From assembly GCA_040954595.2 (NCBI GenBank), contig CM082584.2, forward strand, positions 8,141,919 through 8,205,918: a stretch of 64,000 bases of DNA, written 5' to 3'. The DNA comes from Balanoglossus misakiensis (taxonomy: Eukaryota > Animalia > Hemichordata). Under the pieces are notes generated by a model. It had not been told where the DNA came from. It searched no databases and worked only from the letters and a program-made list of their open reading frames with translations. The translations under genes were made by a program, and so were the position numbers. Below are positions 43,201-53,700 of the stretch, in pieces (the first letter of the stretch is position 1; the number at the start of each line of letters is the position of its first letter).

Positions 43201-46200
43201 CAACCTCACACTGCAGACTCTTCCCAACGCTCCCTCCAGCCTGCTGGCCAGTTGGAAAGCTCCGTGCCTGGAAGACAGGAACGGCATCATCCGGCAATAC
43301 AACTTGGCCTTTTGTACCTACCATCCCAACGTGAATGGAGACAGCGGCAATAAGCGGATAGGTTGCCAAGGTAACGTGACGGAATGAGTCGGGCGTTATA
43401 CGTGCTAATTGACGTATTTTGGCGACGTTGACAGTTTTCAAGCTTTCTCCTATAGTCATGACAGCATTCAATTTTAGCTGCTGGATTTGACATCATGTAT
43501 TATTAAGATCGGTGGCCTATTGTATGTGTGTGGGCAATTTACGTCACGCACATGTATATATTATAGTTCAATTTGTTCAATATTCTGTAGTGAATATAAA
43601 AACAGAGTAAGTAGTGAGTGGTTGCTTGCAACTGCCAGGCCCCTTATGAATGATGCAAATTTGTATTTGTATACATTGACAATGTGTTTAACTCAGAATT
43701 GGTAAGCTAATCTTTTCCTGCAAAGACAGGGAGACATCTTTGTTCTCTGTTTCATATACCGGTACCGTATATATATATACCCGTATACAGGCCAAATGTA
43801 TTAACTCATCCTGGACTTTTTGTGAAAGTTTATGAGCACATGTCAACTGCAGGCTGCTCTCTCTCTCTCTCTCTGTGTACTTAGGTGTCTATCGGTACCA
43901 AACACATAACTGGGTGATGCGTCATTCTAAACATTAATAGATGTCCTCCCCTAAATACCGCCCTCTCTTGTTCCGTCTTCCACAGCAAAAGACGTAACCA
44001 AGGCGACGTACACGGTCCCCGATCCACAGACTCTGAAATCGAGCCGGGAACTGCTGCATTACGAAATCACCGGTCTGAAAGCCAACACAGGTTATGCGGT
44101 GTCGGTGTCAGCGCTGACCACGGCAGGGGAAGGACCGGCCACTGAGTTCGTTCTGCAGAAAACAAGTATCGGAGGTCAGTGGAATGTAACTCTTACCCAA
44201 TTTGTTTTTCTATGTATTTATTTGTTCATCTTACTTGTAAAGAACTTGTAAATTTGTCAATTCTGATGTAATCTTGTACACTCCTTTGAAATTGTATATG
44301 CCAGGATTGTATTGTATTGTATTATATTGTATTGTATTGTATTGTGTTGTGTTGTGTTGTGTTGTGTTGTGTTGTGTTGTGTTGTGTTGTGTTGTATTGT
44401 ATTGTATTGTATTGTATTGTGTTATGTTGTGTTGTATTGTATTGTATTGTAAATGTGTATTGTATTGCATTGTTGTATTGTGTTGGTGCATTGTGTTGTT
44501 GTGGTAAATTGTATTAAATATGACCACCACTACCGTATAATGATTGCTCCAAGAAGCCTCCAGAAGACTATAAAGCAAAGAAATTTTACTGGAAGCTCTC
44601 ACTTTCTCTTTTTCTTGCCATCCAGCTCCGACAGGACGCCCTCTCTCCATCAGAGTGCCGAAGATACAACCGTCCACGCTGACTTTGACGTGGGCCATGG
44701 ACAATGAGTCGGACGTCCTGATCAGCCACTACATGGTGGGCGCGAGGCCGCTCAACCACACCGACTGCGGCATGAAGTTCATGAACGTGACTGAAACCGC
44801 GGTCACCATCCCGAACCTGTGCGGTTACGAGACCTACGAGCTCACCATCAAGGCCTGCAGTAATGCGGTCATAGACGACCCTTGTGGCAAAGATTCCGCG
44901 CCTGTGTACAGCACCACTGAGGCAGGAGGTGAGTTCTACCAATTTCAAAGATTTTTTTTTTCTTCAATCGGACCGATTTTGAGAATTGTAGATGGCAAGT
45001 GGCCATTTAAAAAAAAAAATGTGCAAAAGCAAGTCAATACTTGAATTATCTCTAAAATCCGTACTACATTTACACGGAAGTATGGCCCAGGTGATTTGTC
45101 CATTATTTTTTTCTTTTCCAAAACATGTTTGTGTGGCCTTGGGATTCAGGAATCAATTAGTCTCTTTGTGTGCATTGATTTCCCATGTGATAAACCTGGT
45201 TTCTTGTAAATTCCCAAAACATCATTCATCCTTCTCAGAATATTGCATCACCGCTCCCCTTGTTTGTGAAAGTCATAGAGGTCACAGTGACCCTGAGGCT
45301 AAATTTAACGTACGTGGCATATGGTGTAGAACATGTGACATTATGTATGTGTTGTTGTTGCGTAAGGCCATACAATGAGACTCTGTGTTTTTGCATCCGT
45401 CCAACTTGAACATGTAGGTGGAGATAAGCAGTTGAAAAGTAGTCGTAAAACTGGTACTCCACCACATAATGTATTTGATTGACACTTTTCATATGGTTTT
45501 TAAATTGATGTAGAAATATTATCATTTTGACTGTGTAATAAATAATACATGTATAAGGTGTGTCGAGTATTCTTGATGTACAGATGAAGCAAATTTTCTC
45601 TCAACTGTCATGAACTGTGGCTATAGAATTCCATAGAATCTCTTCATAAGGTTTGTCTTGTCCATAGAAAATGTTCCTGAGAGCCCTGGTGTTTTAAATG
45701 ATGAAAAAAGCATCTAGACCCTGTCTAACACAATGTTTGTGTGTTGTTGTTTTTCCCTCGTTTGATTCTAGTTCCCAGTCAACCAATGGCTGTAAAGGCA
45801 GCTCAGGTCACTGATTCGACCATTGAAGTTGTGTGGGAACCCCCAGAAAGGTACGTGAAAACCAGAAACAGCTATCAGAATCAATATCCAAACACCGCTT
45901 GAAAGACTATGATGATATTTAAAAACAGAAAAAATGGAAATTTGCATTTTATTCCGAATGCTTGACAGGTGAGAGTGCTTCTAATATGCTAATGCAGTCC
46001 ACCATCTGTCACGTTTTCAGGCTGAACAGCCCGGAGGATGGCATGACGTACTCCGTCGAGTGCCTGACGGAGCGCAACAAGTCCATGAGCGAAGTCGCGG
46101 TGGTCAGGTCGACGGAGGCCATCGTCCGCATGCTCTGTGACAAGAGTATTGACAGCGAAGCGGTGCAGGTCAGGTGCCAAGTGCGGGCCATCAGCGCCAG

Positions 46201-49200
46201 GCAAGAGAAGAGCCTGGCCACCTCCACCAATTACGTTCTGATTTGCTACGACGAACCAGGTGATTATCTTTACTAAAGAAAAAAAAAACCCTGATATGTT
46301 CCCCCCGTCTGGAGAGTTGGAATCGTCCGCTGCAGGTTCGCTGCGGGTGATTCCATTCAGGGATGGGGAGGGATGATTTGTCACTCATGATGGACTCTGT
46401 GTGTGGTAGAAAGGACAGAAAGTGTTCATGTTCATAAACACTTTGAATATGCCAATGCGGTCAGCAGACATCTGTCCTATTTCATATTTTTCATAGAGTC
46501 GAAACCTTCCCTAAACAAAGGCTTGTGAGGGTATTCTTACTAGTTACACTTTCAAAACTGAAAAAACAAGTCTTGCTGAAACTGCTCACATTTCACGCCT
46601 CTTTGCACTGTACTCACACACTCATTCACAGCCACAACCCGCCACTTTTTGCCGATCGAACCATGACCACCGCCATACCACACCTACGACTGTATAATTA
46701 TACAAATCTGGAACTACACACACTCCCACACACACACACAGTCACAAACAGCCATGAACTGAGACCAGTGGCATACTTACAGCTGAGAGAGTCTCTACAA
46801 CTAAAAACATGGTGCTCAAAGCAAAAACTGCCACAATGTGATACGTTTAATTCCTTCACCACAAGACTATGATGTACTACACTTCTTAACACTTTTTTCC
46901 CTCAGTCGATTCTTTCTAATGCGGTCTCTGATTTCGCCGAAATTCATCCTTCCTTGCCAATAATCTTCAGATCAGGTATCAGAACGATAATCTGGTCACC
47001 TTGTTCATGTGTTGGGTGAAGGACGAAACATTTATTCATGTGACCTTTTTTTTACAAAATAGAACTTTCAATGATATAATGTGACTGTATATTTGATGTC
47101 ACGAATTTTGGGATTTTTGTTCTCTATGTTGAAGCTCTTGGCATTTTGGTTAAAAAAGTTTATATAGTTAAGCTGGAAAAATAGATGTTTGATAAGCTTT
47201 GTATTCTATTAGTTGTTGTAGTGAGTTGTTTTTTATGTGAAAAATAGTATGGAATACGTTTCAGTGAATGTACGGTACATTGTATGTGCTCCACCATTAG
47301 TCATACTCAAGTCACCATAGCCATATTTTTTGCTTTTGATATATTTTTATGATGGTTTCAGCAATAAAGACAACATTTAATTGGCCCTTTCTCAGCAAAG
47401 CATCAGAGTTTGTGGAAATGTGGATACGGATGGGTTTGCATAATAAGAAAGAAACAATTACATGCTTTGCACCAATTTTTCATCCGTTTGCTCATGCCAA
47501 TTTCTGTCTGTCTGTCTTTTGGTCTGTACATGTATGTCCATAGTATCTCTCTGTTTGGGTGGTGCATCTCAAAAACAACTAAACAGATTAAAGTCGAATT
47601 TGATATCTGATACTGCACCGAATCTCACGACATTTGCAAATTTTTCAATCTTTAATATTAAACCCATGTGAGCGTATTCATTTCATGTCTAGTTTATTCA
47701 TGTTTCAGTGCTAGCTAGGAAGAGGGGTTCGACAGCTTCCTTGGGATTTCACGGTTCATGCGTTACTAAGTGCTTGCAGAAACGATTAGCGCTTTTTTTT
47801 TCTGTCAAGTTATATTGTGTGAGAGAGACAGTCCTGCCTTGGGGAGAGATTTTCCAGACAGAAGAGAAAGTTCTGGCGTGCGTGCGTGCACTGCAGTTTA
47901 ACTTGTCAAGGTCGCAACTGTATCTTGGTTGTCTGGAACGAGTGGGCTGCAGTAGTAACTGATTAAGAATTCAGTGCGCCGGGATCACTTTCACAGGCGA
48001 AACCCAAACCCATCTGGTTTTCTGCTCACGGGAAATTTCAGTAGCTACCTGTGGGAGTTATACAGCCTTGCTTTGGCTGATCTGGGCGTCATATCTCCTG
48101 TTATCCTCGCTGAAGTGATTTTAGCGTCTGGTGTAGTCTTGAGTTTCAGACAAGAGAATAACAGAACTAGGTCAGTTTTTTTTTTAGAGAGAATTGGCGG
48201 TGACTATATACCAGTAATACCTGCTTGTTTGTTTCTCTGTGCTTCGCCATTTTGTTGGAACATGTAATTTTGCTGTTCAAGGAAAACCCATCATGACAGG
48301 ATAGTGACTCTGCTTTTAATTGGTTGTCCGGGGAACAAACGAAGCTCTCTCTATGCAATTATGGAATTTTGACGCAATTGAAAATAAGAGAAAGCAACGC
48401 CAGGTCTGGCATACCTCTGGCTCAGTCACATATTACGACATGGCCCAAATATTCCAGCACGCACACTGACGGGATTGGCTCCATAAATTACATTCCACTC
48501 ATGACCCCTGATCCCTGCCACTTCCCGTTGTAACCGAGCAGGCAGGATATGGGTCACGTCAAATTTTCTTTTTGATTTCCCACAATCCTTTGTGTTTTGT
48601 TTATTTTACAAGAAGTGGGCTGGTTCCGTTCCCTCAGGGTCTACAGAGGTTACAGGTCACGGAAGGAATGGGGATAGGATGCTGGGATATGAGTAGCTAG
48701 CCTCTCATGAACATCTAGTGTAATTGTGTTGTAATTGTCTTTCAATTAGAATACTTCACGTGTGTGTCTCGATCTCTGTTCTGATAGATCTGACTTACAG
48801 ATAAAACATTTCTTATTTTCCGACTTTTGCAGTGTGGCCATACGTGGTGATTGTCTTAACTGTCATGGTTGCCATAGCAATCCTTGCATTCGTCTCCTAC
48901 AAGTGCTACATGTGCCTCAAGAGAAGTGGTGCTTTCGACAAAGTCAGCTACATCCAGCCCATCTGGGAAGTGAAGGTAAACATCTGTTTTTTCTTTTAAG
49001 CATGTTACGCAGAACGTAAACGGGAAAACTTCACGCACTCGTTTTTTTCCCCATAGGATTACATTGATATTTGCTAGAAAACAAACTTATACTGTTGTCC
49101 TTTTCATGGAATTTTACACATAGCTTAGTGCAGTAAATATATTTTCATTTGTCAAATAAAATCGTGTGGTCACCACACTCTATTTTTAGATAAATTTCAT

Positions 49201-50799
49201 TAAGATATATTTGCCTATAGCCAAACCATACCATTGGTGAAAAATGCTGAGTCAGCAGTTTTCTTCTTTTACCGACTAAATTCATCAAGATAGGCATCAT
49301 ATAATTCAGCAGGGTACTATAATAATGGAATCAATTTTGTATAAATTTCAGTTCTTGACAAGTCAAGTATTAGCTTGTTTCCTTCTGAAAATTAAAGGAA
49401 ATAGGCAGCATCTGGATATTCTGGAAGTGAAATTTTTGGGGGTTTGAAAGATTCTGGGGGGAGATAGTAGGGAAAAAGGCCATGAAAAACTCCTCGATGT
49501 ACGGTATATGCAGATGGATGTGTCACTTTTGTGTGTGTTTGTCGATAGGTTCCAATGCAGGTCAATGTGTACTTGGGGGAGAAGGAAGAGTATGATGAGA
49601 TGTGGCACCAGAGGTTTGAAGAGAAACAAGAGAAGACGACCGTGGACAGTGCGAGCGTGCATTCCACCGACCCGGGCGTGGTGGTTGACAGCGCCCGGCC
49701 CCTGCTGACGCTCGCCGGCCAGAGCTTCAGCATGTCCGAGCCGGGCGGGGAGGGCGTCGGCGGCGGCGGGGAGAGGAAAGGCGCCAGGCGGCCCAAGAGC
49801 GAGGGGGACGAACCCTCGGAGACGACCCCCGTGCTGAGGGGCGGCGGCGCGCCCAGCCAGGACGGGAGCCGGAACAGGCTGAGCTCGGCCGACGAATACC
49901 AGCTGATGGCCGAAGTCGACGGCCGCAGGGTGCTGGGCCCGCCGGGGTCGCTGTCCTCCCAGACGTCGGGGGACAGGGCGGAGTACTCGGAGCTGTCGGA
50001 CGCCGACGGGCTGGTGGGGTTCAAGGCCAAGGACGACGGGGGAAAGACTGCCAAGGGGGTGCAGGAGAAGAGAGCCCTGAAGCTGAACTTGTTGGTGCCC
50101 CTGCAGGAGGGGGTCACCTTCCACCCGGACGCGGACGTCACCAGCATCAGTGTGTTTCACGCCGACGTCGATACCGGACGCCCGGACCTGGCTGCCGACT
50201 GCGCCCACGGCAGCATGGTGGGAGAGAACTCAGATAAGCGGGGAGGCGAACCCGGTGCCGACAGTATTCGCCCGTGCCAGTCGGCCGGTGATGATGCCAG
50301 CACGCGCAGAGAGAGCGCGGCGACGAAGAATGACAGCGCAAACCAAACACAAGAATATCAACCGGTTGGCACTTTCGAGCCAGGCGGGAATTACAGCTTG
50401 GACCACGACGAAGGGGTCTGCACGAGCGGACACTCGGAAGAATCGGGGATTATATTCGACATGAGTGACTCGGAAGATCTGGAGAATACGATCCCCTTGC
50501 TCAACGGCATCCCCCGGCCAATGTCGCCGTCACTGGGCCTCTTTGATCAGACGGCGGGATCATCCCCACCAAAAGACGCTAGTGTCTCCCACGAAGGACT
50601 ACAAAAATTCCCCCTGGAGGCGAACGGCAGTTTCTTTCTCCTGCAGGACAGCGACGTGGAGCAGGACGAGGCGGACCTTTCCACAGAAATTGACTGTATG
50701 GTTCTGTCCGCACAGCCGGTCCCGGACGACAAATATGTGTCGAACAGTCAGGACGCTTACAAGAGCCTCAACTCTGATCTGAGACAGACTACGGTCTGA
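31170..50799 (+). CDS. Receptor A: gp130/LIFR/Domeless-like class I cytokine receptor, whole multi-exon gene model (18 coding exons per isoform, about 1326-1329 aa)
   Basis: Exons listed separately join in frame at GT-AG junctions with consistent phases. The product has a signal peptide, Ig domain, CHR with C-x9/10-CxW and four Cys, WSDWS motif, five FN3 domains, one TM helix and a Tyr-motif-rich tail. Confidence 0.9.
33333..33617 (+). CDS. Receptor A exon 2: Ig-like domain D1
   Basis: ttacag| acceptor and |gtaagt donor, phase 1-1. Contains VTILC, LLWYR and LSLDSADVEDSGNYSC Ig signatures. Confidence 0.9.
34430..34547 (+). CDS. Receptor A exon 3: CHR D2, N-half (NPDFANFSCVCYNMGDMWCTWNPVDSYLPTTYEFTWRL)
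   Basis: tttcag| and |gtaagt, phase 1-2. The NFSC...CTW pattern is typical of gp130-family D2. Confidence 0.9.
35524..35690 (+). CDS. Receptor A exon 4: CHR D2, C-half (WSACPD...NSCFF...RVVATNALG)
   Basis: Acceptor after a pyrimidine tract, |gtaagc donor, phase 2-1. Has the second Cys pair and VxAxNALG motif. Confidence 0.9.
36861..37018 (+). CDS. Receptor A exon 5a: CHR D3 N-half, variant a (IPYPPEKIRV...WDPPTDW...LQYKLEYRSEWEPGKWSK)
   Basis: gccag| and |gtacag, 158 nt, phase 1-0, FN3 first half. Confidence 0.85.
37097..37251 (+). CDS. Receptor A exon 5b: CHR D3 N-half, variant b (VPFPPENVTV...WQPPGDW...LQYKIEYCSEWESDWVE)
   Basis: tttcag| and |gtatct, 155 nt, phase 1-0. Clear duplicate of exon 5a, 78 nt downstream. 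Confidence 0.85.
40193..40346 (+). CDS. Receptor A exon 6a: CHR D3 C-half, variant a (YTISGLHPFTRYTVRIAAMP...DYWSVWA)
   Basis: cgcag| and |gtacag, 154 nt, phase 0-1, degenerate WSxWS (WSVWA). Confidence 0.8.
40447..40594 (+). CDS. Receptor A exon 6b: CHR D3 C-half, variant b (YRVIGLEPYTVYFVRVSCKP...GYWSDWS)
   Basis: ttcag| and |gtatct, 148 nt, phase 0-1, canonical GYWSDWS. Confidence 0.9.
41087..41166 (+). CDS. Receptor A exon 7: FN3 D4, part 1
   Basis: ctctag| and |gtaggt, phase 1-0, APDEGVRLF...RDVTISWM. Confidence 0.8.
41370..41499 (+). CDS. Receptor A exon 8: FN3 D4, part 2
   Basis: tttcag| and |gtaata, phase 0-1, LPERRQRNGIIQGFNISW. Confidence 0.85.
41770..41868 (+). CDS. Receptor A exon 9: FN3 D4, part 3
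   Basis: ctgcag| and |gtgagt, phase 1-1, YHVTVTAYNSVGSSP. Confidence 0.85.
41997..42153 (+). CDS. Receptor A exon 10: FN3 D5, N-half
   Basis: tcgcag| and |gtaggt, phase 1-2, APGEPRI...VTWEAPQNPNGVIMNYVL. Confidence 0.85.
42636..42784 (+). CDS. Receptor A exon 11: FN3 D5, C-half
   Basis: ccgcag| and |gtgatt, phase 2-1, DLHEYVQYEFRIQAKNIVGYGGFS. Confidence 0.85.
43182..43370 (+). CDS. Receptor A exon 12: FN3 D6, N-half
   Basis: caacag| and |gtaacg, phase 1-1, VPSSAPVNL...SWKAPCLEDRNGIIRQY. Homologous to receptor B exon 63732-63914. Confidence 0.9.
43986..44174 (+). CDS. Receptor A exon 13: FN3 D6, C-half
   Basis: ccacag| and |gtcagt, 189 nt, YEITGLKANTGYAVSVSALTTAGEGP. Same length as the receptor B counterpart. 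Confidence 0.9.
44306..44502. repeat. (TTGTA/TTGTG)n pentanucleotide microsatellite in receptor A intron 13
   Basis: Direct tandem repeats visible in the sequence. Confidence 0.95.
44626..44928 (+). CDS. Receptor A exon 14: FN3 D7
   Basis: atccag| and |gtgagt, phase 1-1, NLCGYETYELTIKAC...DPCG. Confidence 0.9.
45772..45850 (+). CDS. Receptor A exon 15: FN3 D8, N-part
   Basis: ttctag| and |gtacgt, 79 nt, phase 1-2, VPSQP...IEVVWEPPE. The paralog exon is also 79 nt. Confidence 0.85.
46021..46259 (+). CDS. Receptor A exon 16: FN3 D8, C-part
   Basis: tttcag| and |gtgatt, 239 nt, phase 2-1. The paralog exon is also 239 nt with the same four Cys. Confidence 0.85.
48833..48975 (+). CDS. Receptor A exon 17: transmembrane and juxtamembrane (VWPYVVIVLTVMVAIAILAFVSYKCYMCLKRSGAFDKVSYIQPIWEVK)
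   Basis: ttgcag| and |gtaaac, 143 nt, phase 1-0. About 22 hydrophobic residues followed by basic residues. Confidence 0.9.
49549..50799 (+). CDS. Receptor A exon 18: cytoplasmic tail to stop
   Basis: gatag| acceptor (an in-frame alternative lies at 49560), in frame with the 414-aa ORF. Disordered acidic/Ser-rich sequence with YDEM, YQLM, YSEL, YQPV, YSLD, YVSN and YKSL. Confidence 0.85.
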   Translation, partial: VPMQVNVYLGEKEEYDEMWHQRFEEKQEKTTVDSASVHSTDPGVVVDSARPLLTLAGQSFSMSEPGGEGVGGGGERKGARRPKSEGDEPSETTPVLRGGGAPSQDGSRNRLSSADEYQLMAEVDGRRVLGPPGSLSSQTSGDRAEYSELSDADGLVGFKAKDDGGKTAKGVQEKRALKLNLLVPLQEGVTFHPDADVTSISVFHADVDTGRPDLAADCAHGSMVGENSDKRGGEPGADSIRPCQSAGDDASTRRESAATKNDSANQTQEYQPVGTFEPGGNYSLDHDEGVCTSGHSEESGIIFDMSDSEDLENTIPLLNGIPRPMSPSLGLFDQTAGSSPPKDASVSHEGLQKFPLEANGSFFLLQDSDVEQDEADLSTEIDCMVLSAQPVPDDKYVSNSQDAYKSLNSDLRQTTV

Positions 50800-53700
50800 A
50801 ATGACTAGAATGCAGCCTTAATTCTGTTCAGCCCACTGCTGGGGGAGATGTTTCACAAACGTCACCCAACTTACAAAGATGTGTGTACCAAAAATGGCCT
50901 TCCAGTAAACTTTATACTGTGAAATATACCATGAACGGTATTACAGACTTTATTACATCGATCATCACTCAAACTGTGAATTTATTAAAAGTTTTGATAT
51001 TGAATATTTTTCAAGTTATATTTTGTACAAAGAACCTTGAGGGAGTTGCCAGACGGTAAAATTTATTTATTTGTAAAAGAATGGGAAAAAAACATATTTC
51101 AGAAGGATTTTTCAGGATTGTGCTACAGAGGGATGTTCGTTGACTGAAGGGCATTATTTCATTCCTCCAGAGTTCAGGACTCTATTGCGCTCTATACCGT
51201 AAGTGGACACCAGAGATTTGGGGTTTCATTTCAGATTCATAGGTTATGATAATCGACCACACACATTAGGAGAATAGGTTTTGTGATTGAAAGCATTTAC
51301 AGCCCATGTCTCACCCTTTTTTATATAAAATAAGGAATTCAGTCATTTCCTTATTTACAGAAGCCACTCTTAGCTGAAGCTTAAGAAGTTGAAAAATACA
51401 GTTTATGACAGATAGCTCCACCTTGTCGCAAAGGTGGAATCTGTTAGACATTGTATAACATACAATTTGTACAGTGTGTTAGTTTCTAGGCCATTCTAAC
51501 TAGAGTGCGCTGTGTATGAAAGTGTGCCTGAAACTCTGCAATGTATTGTAAATAGCGCCATCACACATGACAGGGTCTATGTAATATTAAAGCAGTCGTA
51601 ACAAATCAGCTCCTCGTGGTCACGTGTATCCTAACGCACTGTGTGTGTAGTGACTGACATAATTCTATGTAAAGCGCGCCCTCACAATTGTGATGGGGAA
51701 AGAGCATGCCCCCCAGTGCATGGAGACATCCAAATTTTGGTTGGCAACCTTTTGTAGATTATGCTAGTTGAAGAACGTCATCAATCACCTTGATTGGCAC
51801 AACTGTACATAAGTGCAACGTTGGGCTGCACTTAAAAAATTGAAGGCTGCTCTTTAAATATTGATCTGAATCATGAAATATTCAATGACACTTTTTTGCC
51901 TGACTACAGGTAAGGAAAGTTTGTTAATGAACTTGCCAAAAGAATCATCAGGAATAATACGAGTCAGAACTTTTCTTGTGTAAAGGTTTTAAAGAAAAAA
52001 ATCTGATAAATGTCTGTATTTATTTCTCTTTCTTATTTTGACAGAGAAGCTTTTCTATCTTTTTTTCTATTTCTGAGCAATAGGCAACAGTAATGAAATT
52101 GTATATATTGTGTCAACTCAAAATTTGAAGCATACATGTATTGTATTAGAATGTACACTTGATAATGTGCTTTGTCCGTAGCACAGCATAACTATGTTAC
52201 AAGAGAAATTTATGTTCCACATAACGTTCCTGCCAAAGTTAGAAGTTCGAGGGTACAAAACATACAATTTAATCATTTTTGCCTACTGTAATCAGATCCT
52301 TTCAACTCAGAAACACTTTTATCATTTGCCGGTATCACTGACTTTGTTTTTTATAAAGTGTATTAAGTTATTTGCCATCCTCAGACAGTGTGCACAGGTG
52401 TTTTTTTTCACGTTTTTGTATTTTTATTGCAAAGTACATGAACATTGCCACAGTCTGTGAAGTGATAGTTATTGGTGTAGGTTTTATATCATATTCAGAA
52501 TTTGGGTAGGTAGATGTAGATGCTCCAAGGAATTCAAAACAATACTGTAAGCTGATACACAGCTGCAGCTGACCATTTAACTGCAGTGATTAATCAATTG
52601 TGATTAATTAATTAGGCAGAGTGAGAGTCAGAAACCCGCCGAATGTGCTACCGAAAAATCAGATTTTTTTTCGACACACAGAGTGACAAACAGACAACAG
52701 CAGCTTCGGGGGGGGGGGGGGCATTCTTGTTCAGATAAAACAGACTTTTCATCACTTAGCTAATTCATTTCATAATTTATTCTATTTTCTAACAATTTGT
52801 GTCCATCAAGATGTGTTCGTAGAATCTTCACGTTTTTCCACCATAAATAATATAAAGACTGATTTCCATTTCAATCTCCTCTATCAATTCACCCTGGTCT
52901 TTAGGGAAAATTTGTAATTTAATGGTGAACATTGTATATTTGTCTCTATTTTTGAACATACAGTGATGGTGTTATTATATGTATATTTTTGAGAAAAATA
53001 CTTTTTTTTCAAGAATTTTTTCGTATTGATTCATAATTCATCACTTTTGTCAGTCTTTGGGAGTGTAGAGTATCAGTCACATTGATCACATGACTAATTT
53101 AATATGTAATTTTAATGCTGAACATTTTTACATTGAAATCTTTGGTGTGAAATATTGAATCACTCTTACTAGCAGACCCCCTATCTCATCCTCCTTTCAT
53201 CAAATGCACGGATGGAGTCCTTTCATATAAAAAGCAACAACAAAACACATTGCATGAGGTTTAGTGTTGGCTAAAGTGAAATAAGCTTTAATTCATTCAG
53301 GATCTATACAGCGCACAATTGACATTTTTCCTCAGATTTGACTTTCCATTTTTAGCACTTTATATTTTCTTACTACATGTATAATTATCTGTAATGGCTA
53401 CATTGTAGTGTTGTCAAAACCTTCAACAGGGAGCAATCAAATATCAAATCTATTTGATACGTTTGATTATTAAAAGTAAATGGTCCATCACATGAGGTGA
53501 ATTGAATACCAGAAATGAAATATGATTACACTTGGACTGTTTGTACAAGAAAGAGAGTTACAAAACATTTTACATATCAATGTTCCACTAAGGTCAAAGG
53601 GTCAACGTAGATTAAGTCATTTAAGGGTGGCATGTTTTGCATGTACTAGAGAACTGGCTTCATTTTTAGTTCACTGAACGCAAAAAAAATATCTTGAAGA

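Noticed and set aside
44231-44704. ORFs with NTTQH or CCVVL repeats
   Set aside because: Translations of the pentanucleotide microsatellite.
41087-46259. Calling the gene a receptor tyrosine phosphatase, Dscam or sidekick from its FN3 array
   Set aside because: The CxW and WSDWS CHR is present, there is only one Ig domain, and the tail has no catalytic domain.
49363-50208. 281-aa and 251-aa minus-strand ORFs
   Set aside because: Antisense shadows of the GC-rich cytoplasmic exon of receptor A, with no domain features.
51417-51438. Hairpin CCACCTT...AAGGTGG in the receptor A 3' region
   Set aside because: Short stem expected by chance; no recognisable RNA family.
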